Assembly (NCBI RefSeq): GCF_963921235.1
Contig: NC_086097.1
Coordinates: 174,222,001-174,286,000, forward strand
Origin: Mobula hypostoma
Taxonomy: Eukaryota
Direction: 5' to 3'
Length of the DNA: 64,000 bases
Shown: positions 62,445 through 64,000 of the stretch, one piece after another
Layout: the number at the start of each line of letters is the position of its first letter
How positions within the stretch are numbered: the first letter of the stretch is position 1
Notes under the pieces: generated by a model
What the model was told of the DNA's origin: nothing
The model's input: the letters and a program-made list of their open reading frames with translations, nothing else
Database searches by the model: none
Position numbers and translations under genes: made by a program

Positions 62445-63537
62445 AAACTAACATGGCTTGAATAGTCCGGGTTCACACTGTAATGACTTATGTGCCGAGG
62501 TTTCTGATGCAAATTTTAACCATCATTTTCTTTGCCTCCCCTGCAATATGCAAACCAATTTACCAGTGTTTTATTCTTCTTCTCTGAAAAGCTGTAGAAT
62601 GGTGTTTTTATCACTTATTTAATTGATCAAAATTATTGCTAAATTATTATATTTTTATGTCATTACAGTATATATTGCTTTTTATAGTCAATCATGTTAA
62701 TCATTTAAACGTTGTTCTTCATTACTAATAGTCCTTAATAAGTGAGTGATTTTGTTAGTCAACTTAGTTACCTGAGATATGATTGTTTTTGGAAAATTGG
62801 ATTTGAAGCTTAAGTAGTTTTGGAAGTAATTGAATAGAAGTCTTTGTAGTTACCTTGCAGAAACATTATAAAAATTGCAGTTGTTTTAAATTGGACAAAG
62901 GTCAGAAACTTTCCACTTTGCATCTGTGATTTATTCCCAAGCTAGGTTTATCCTATCAGCTGTGCAGTTTTGGGGAGCTGGTGAACAAAAATAAATGGAG
63001 AGAATAAAAGCATTGAGATTAATATAGGATTGGTAAAAATTAGCAGTTGGTGATTGGCGTGGACTTGGTGGGCTGAAGGTGTTCTTTAACCTTTAATATA
63101 CCAACCTATGAAACTGCTTAAAATCTGTCTGTTAGTCCCCCACAGCAGCTCTCTTCCTTTTTGTCTTGATGTGTGATTTTTAATGATCCTTTGGCCCATT
63201 TTCATTCAGGATGCAAGAGAAATGCAGATTAGCTGAGTAATTCAAATGAATTTCCTTGTTTTAATTTTCATTGCAACAGTTTAATAAAGGTGACTGTGCT
63301 AAAGGAAATTGGTATTTGCCTTAATTGTCTGTTATTTCAACAAATGGTAAATTGTTCATGATTGGCATGGGCTGATTGAAATATTTGGCAATATTTTGAA
63401 TTTAGTTGTATTTACTTCAGCCGTTACATGACTAAACAGATTAATGTACATAAATGCAAATATATAAGTCCTATATTAACTATTAATTTATTTAGTATAT
63501 ATTTAAAAAAAAATCCTTTTCCATTTCTTTGTTCCAG

Positions 63538-63666
63538 ATCTTATGGTAGTGTTTTTAAAGCAATCCATAAAGAATCAGGACAAGTTGTTGCCATAAAGCA
63601 AGTGCCAGTGGAATCTGACCTACAGGAAATTATTAAGGAAATTTCAATAATGCAACAATGTGACAG
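63538..63666 (+). CDS. STK3: Serine/threonine-protein kinase 3, internal coding exon (exon 3 equivalent, 129 bp, phase 2/2)
   Basis: Acceptor TTTCTTTGTTCCAG|A and donor AG|GTATGA. It encodes (G)SYGSVFKAIHKESGQVVAIKQVPVESDLQEIIKEISIMQQCD(S), in frame with the previous exon, and completes the GxGxxG loop and VAIK lysine. VFK…ESGQVV are STK3-type residues. Confidence 0.98.
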
Positions 63667-64000
63667 GTATGAGTAGTGGAATGTGGCAATTCCACTTAGC
63701 AACATAGTGTATTTTACAGATGTTCAACCCTAAGTGTTATGATTTAGTCAAAACGTAAAACCAGAATATTACAGAGATCAACATTTTTCACTATTTTTGA
63801 ATCAAGACTTTTAGAGTTGCTGTGATACGGGTTTGTAACATCTGTCCTTTTCTTTTTCCTTTTATTTGTTCATTCTTTTTCATAGTTCCCATTGAACATG
63901 CTTTGAGCAATCATATTTTGATGAATTATTTGTGTTTAAATAAACTATTTTGGTACTGCAATTTAGAATTTGCCATCATTATTCTGTCCGGTTGCTACTG

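Noticed and set aside
62194..62465. ORFs 62226-62465(+) and 62194-62454(-)
   Set aside because: These are off-frame or antisense readings of exon 2, extended by the 30-bp minisatellite.
62209..63666. STK4 (MST1) instead of STK3
   Set aside because: The residues KLKKLSED, SVFK and KESGQVV match STK3. STK4 has QLKKLDED, SVYK and KETGQIV.
63428..63676. ORF-track 82-aa protein as a complete CDS
   Set aside because: Only 63538-63666 is kinase sequence, bounded by AG/GT. The rest is intron read-through.

Overview
This is vertebrate genomic DNA. The repeat content (V-SINE/HE1-like SINE, CR1, Rex-Babar and Penelope-like elements) suggests a cartilaginous fish, probably a ray; this is inference only. 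Positions 1 to about 50,881 are one uninterrupted tandem array of a 48-bp unit (consensus GCTACCAGAGAGGGTAAATTGCCTTCTGATTGCTGGTGGGATTGCTCT, about 1,060 copies, open at the left edge). The array shows nested higher-order duplications and a diverged right edge. The many long ORFs over it arise because the unit is 16 codons long and lacks stops in 4 of 6 frames, so I do not call them genes. Positions 50.9-62.2 kb are transposon-rich, intron-like DNA. This stretch holds a MER2/Tigger-like element that keeps the start of its transposase, a Rex-Babar LINE interrupted by a CR1, an old LINE, Penelope-derived pieces (one is an 89-bp-arm palindrome with a minimal hammerhead ribozyme motif and a 13-bp TSD) and a tRNA-derived SINE. 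Two exons of STK3 (MST2/Hippo kinase), equivalent to coding exons 2 and 3, lie on + at 62209-62289 and 63538-63666. No canonical exon 1 or CpG island is visible, so the giant array probably sits inside STK3 intron 1. A CAG|GTAAGT site at 56110-56118 could be an in-frame alternative first exon or a recursive splice site.
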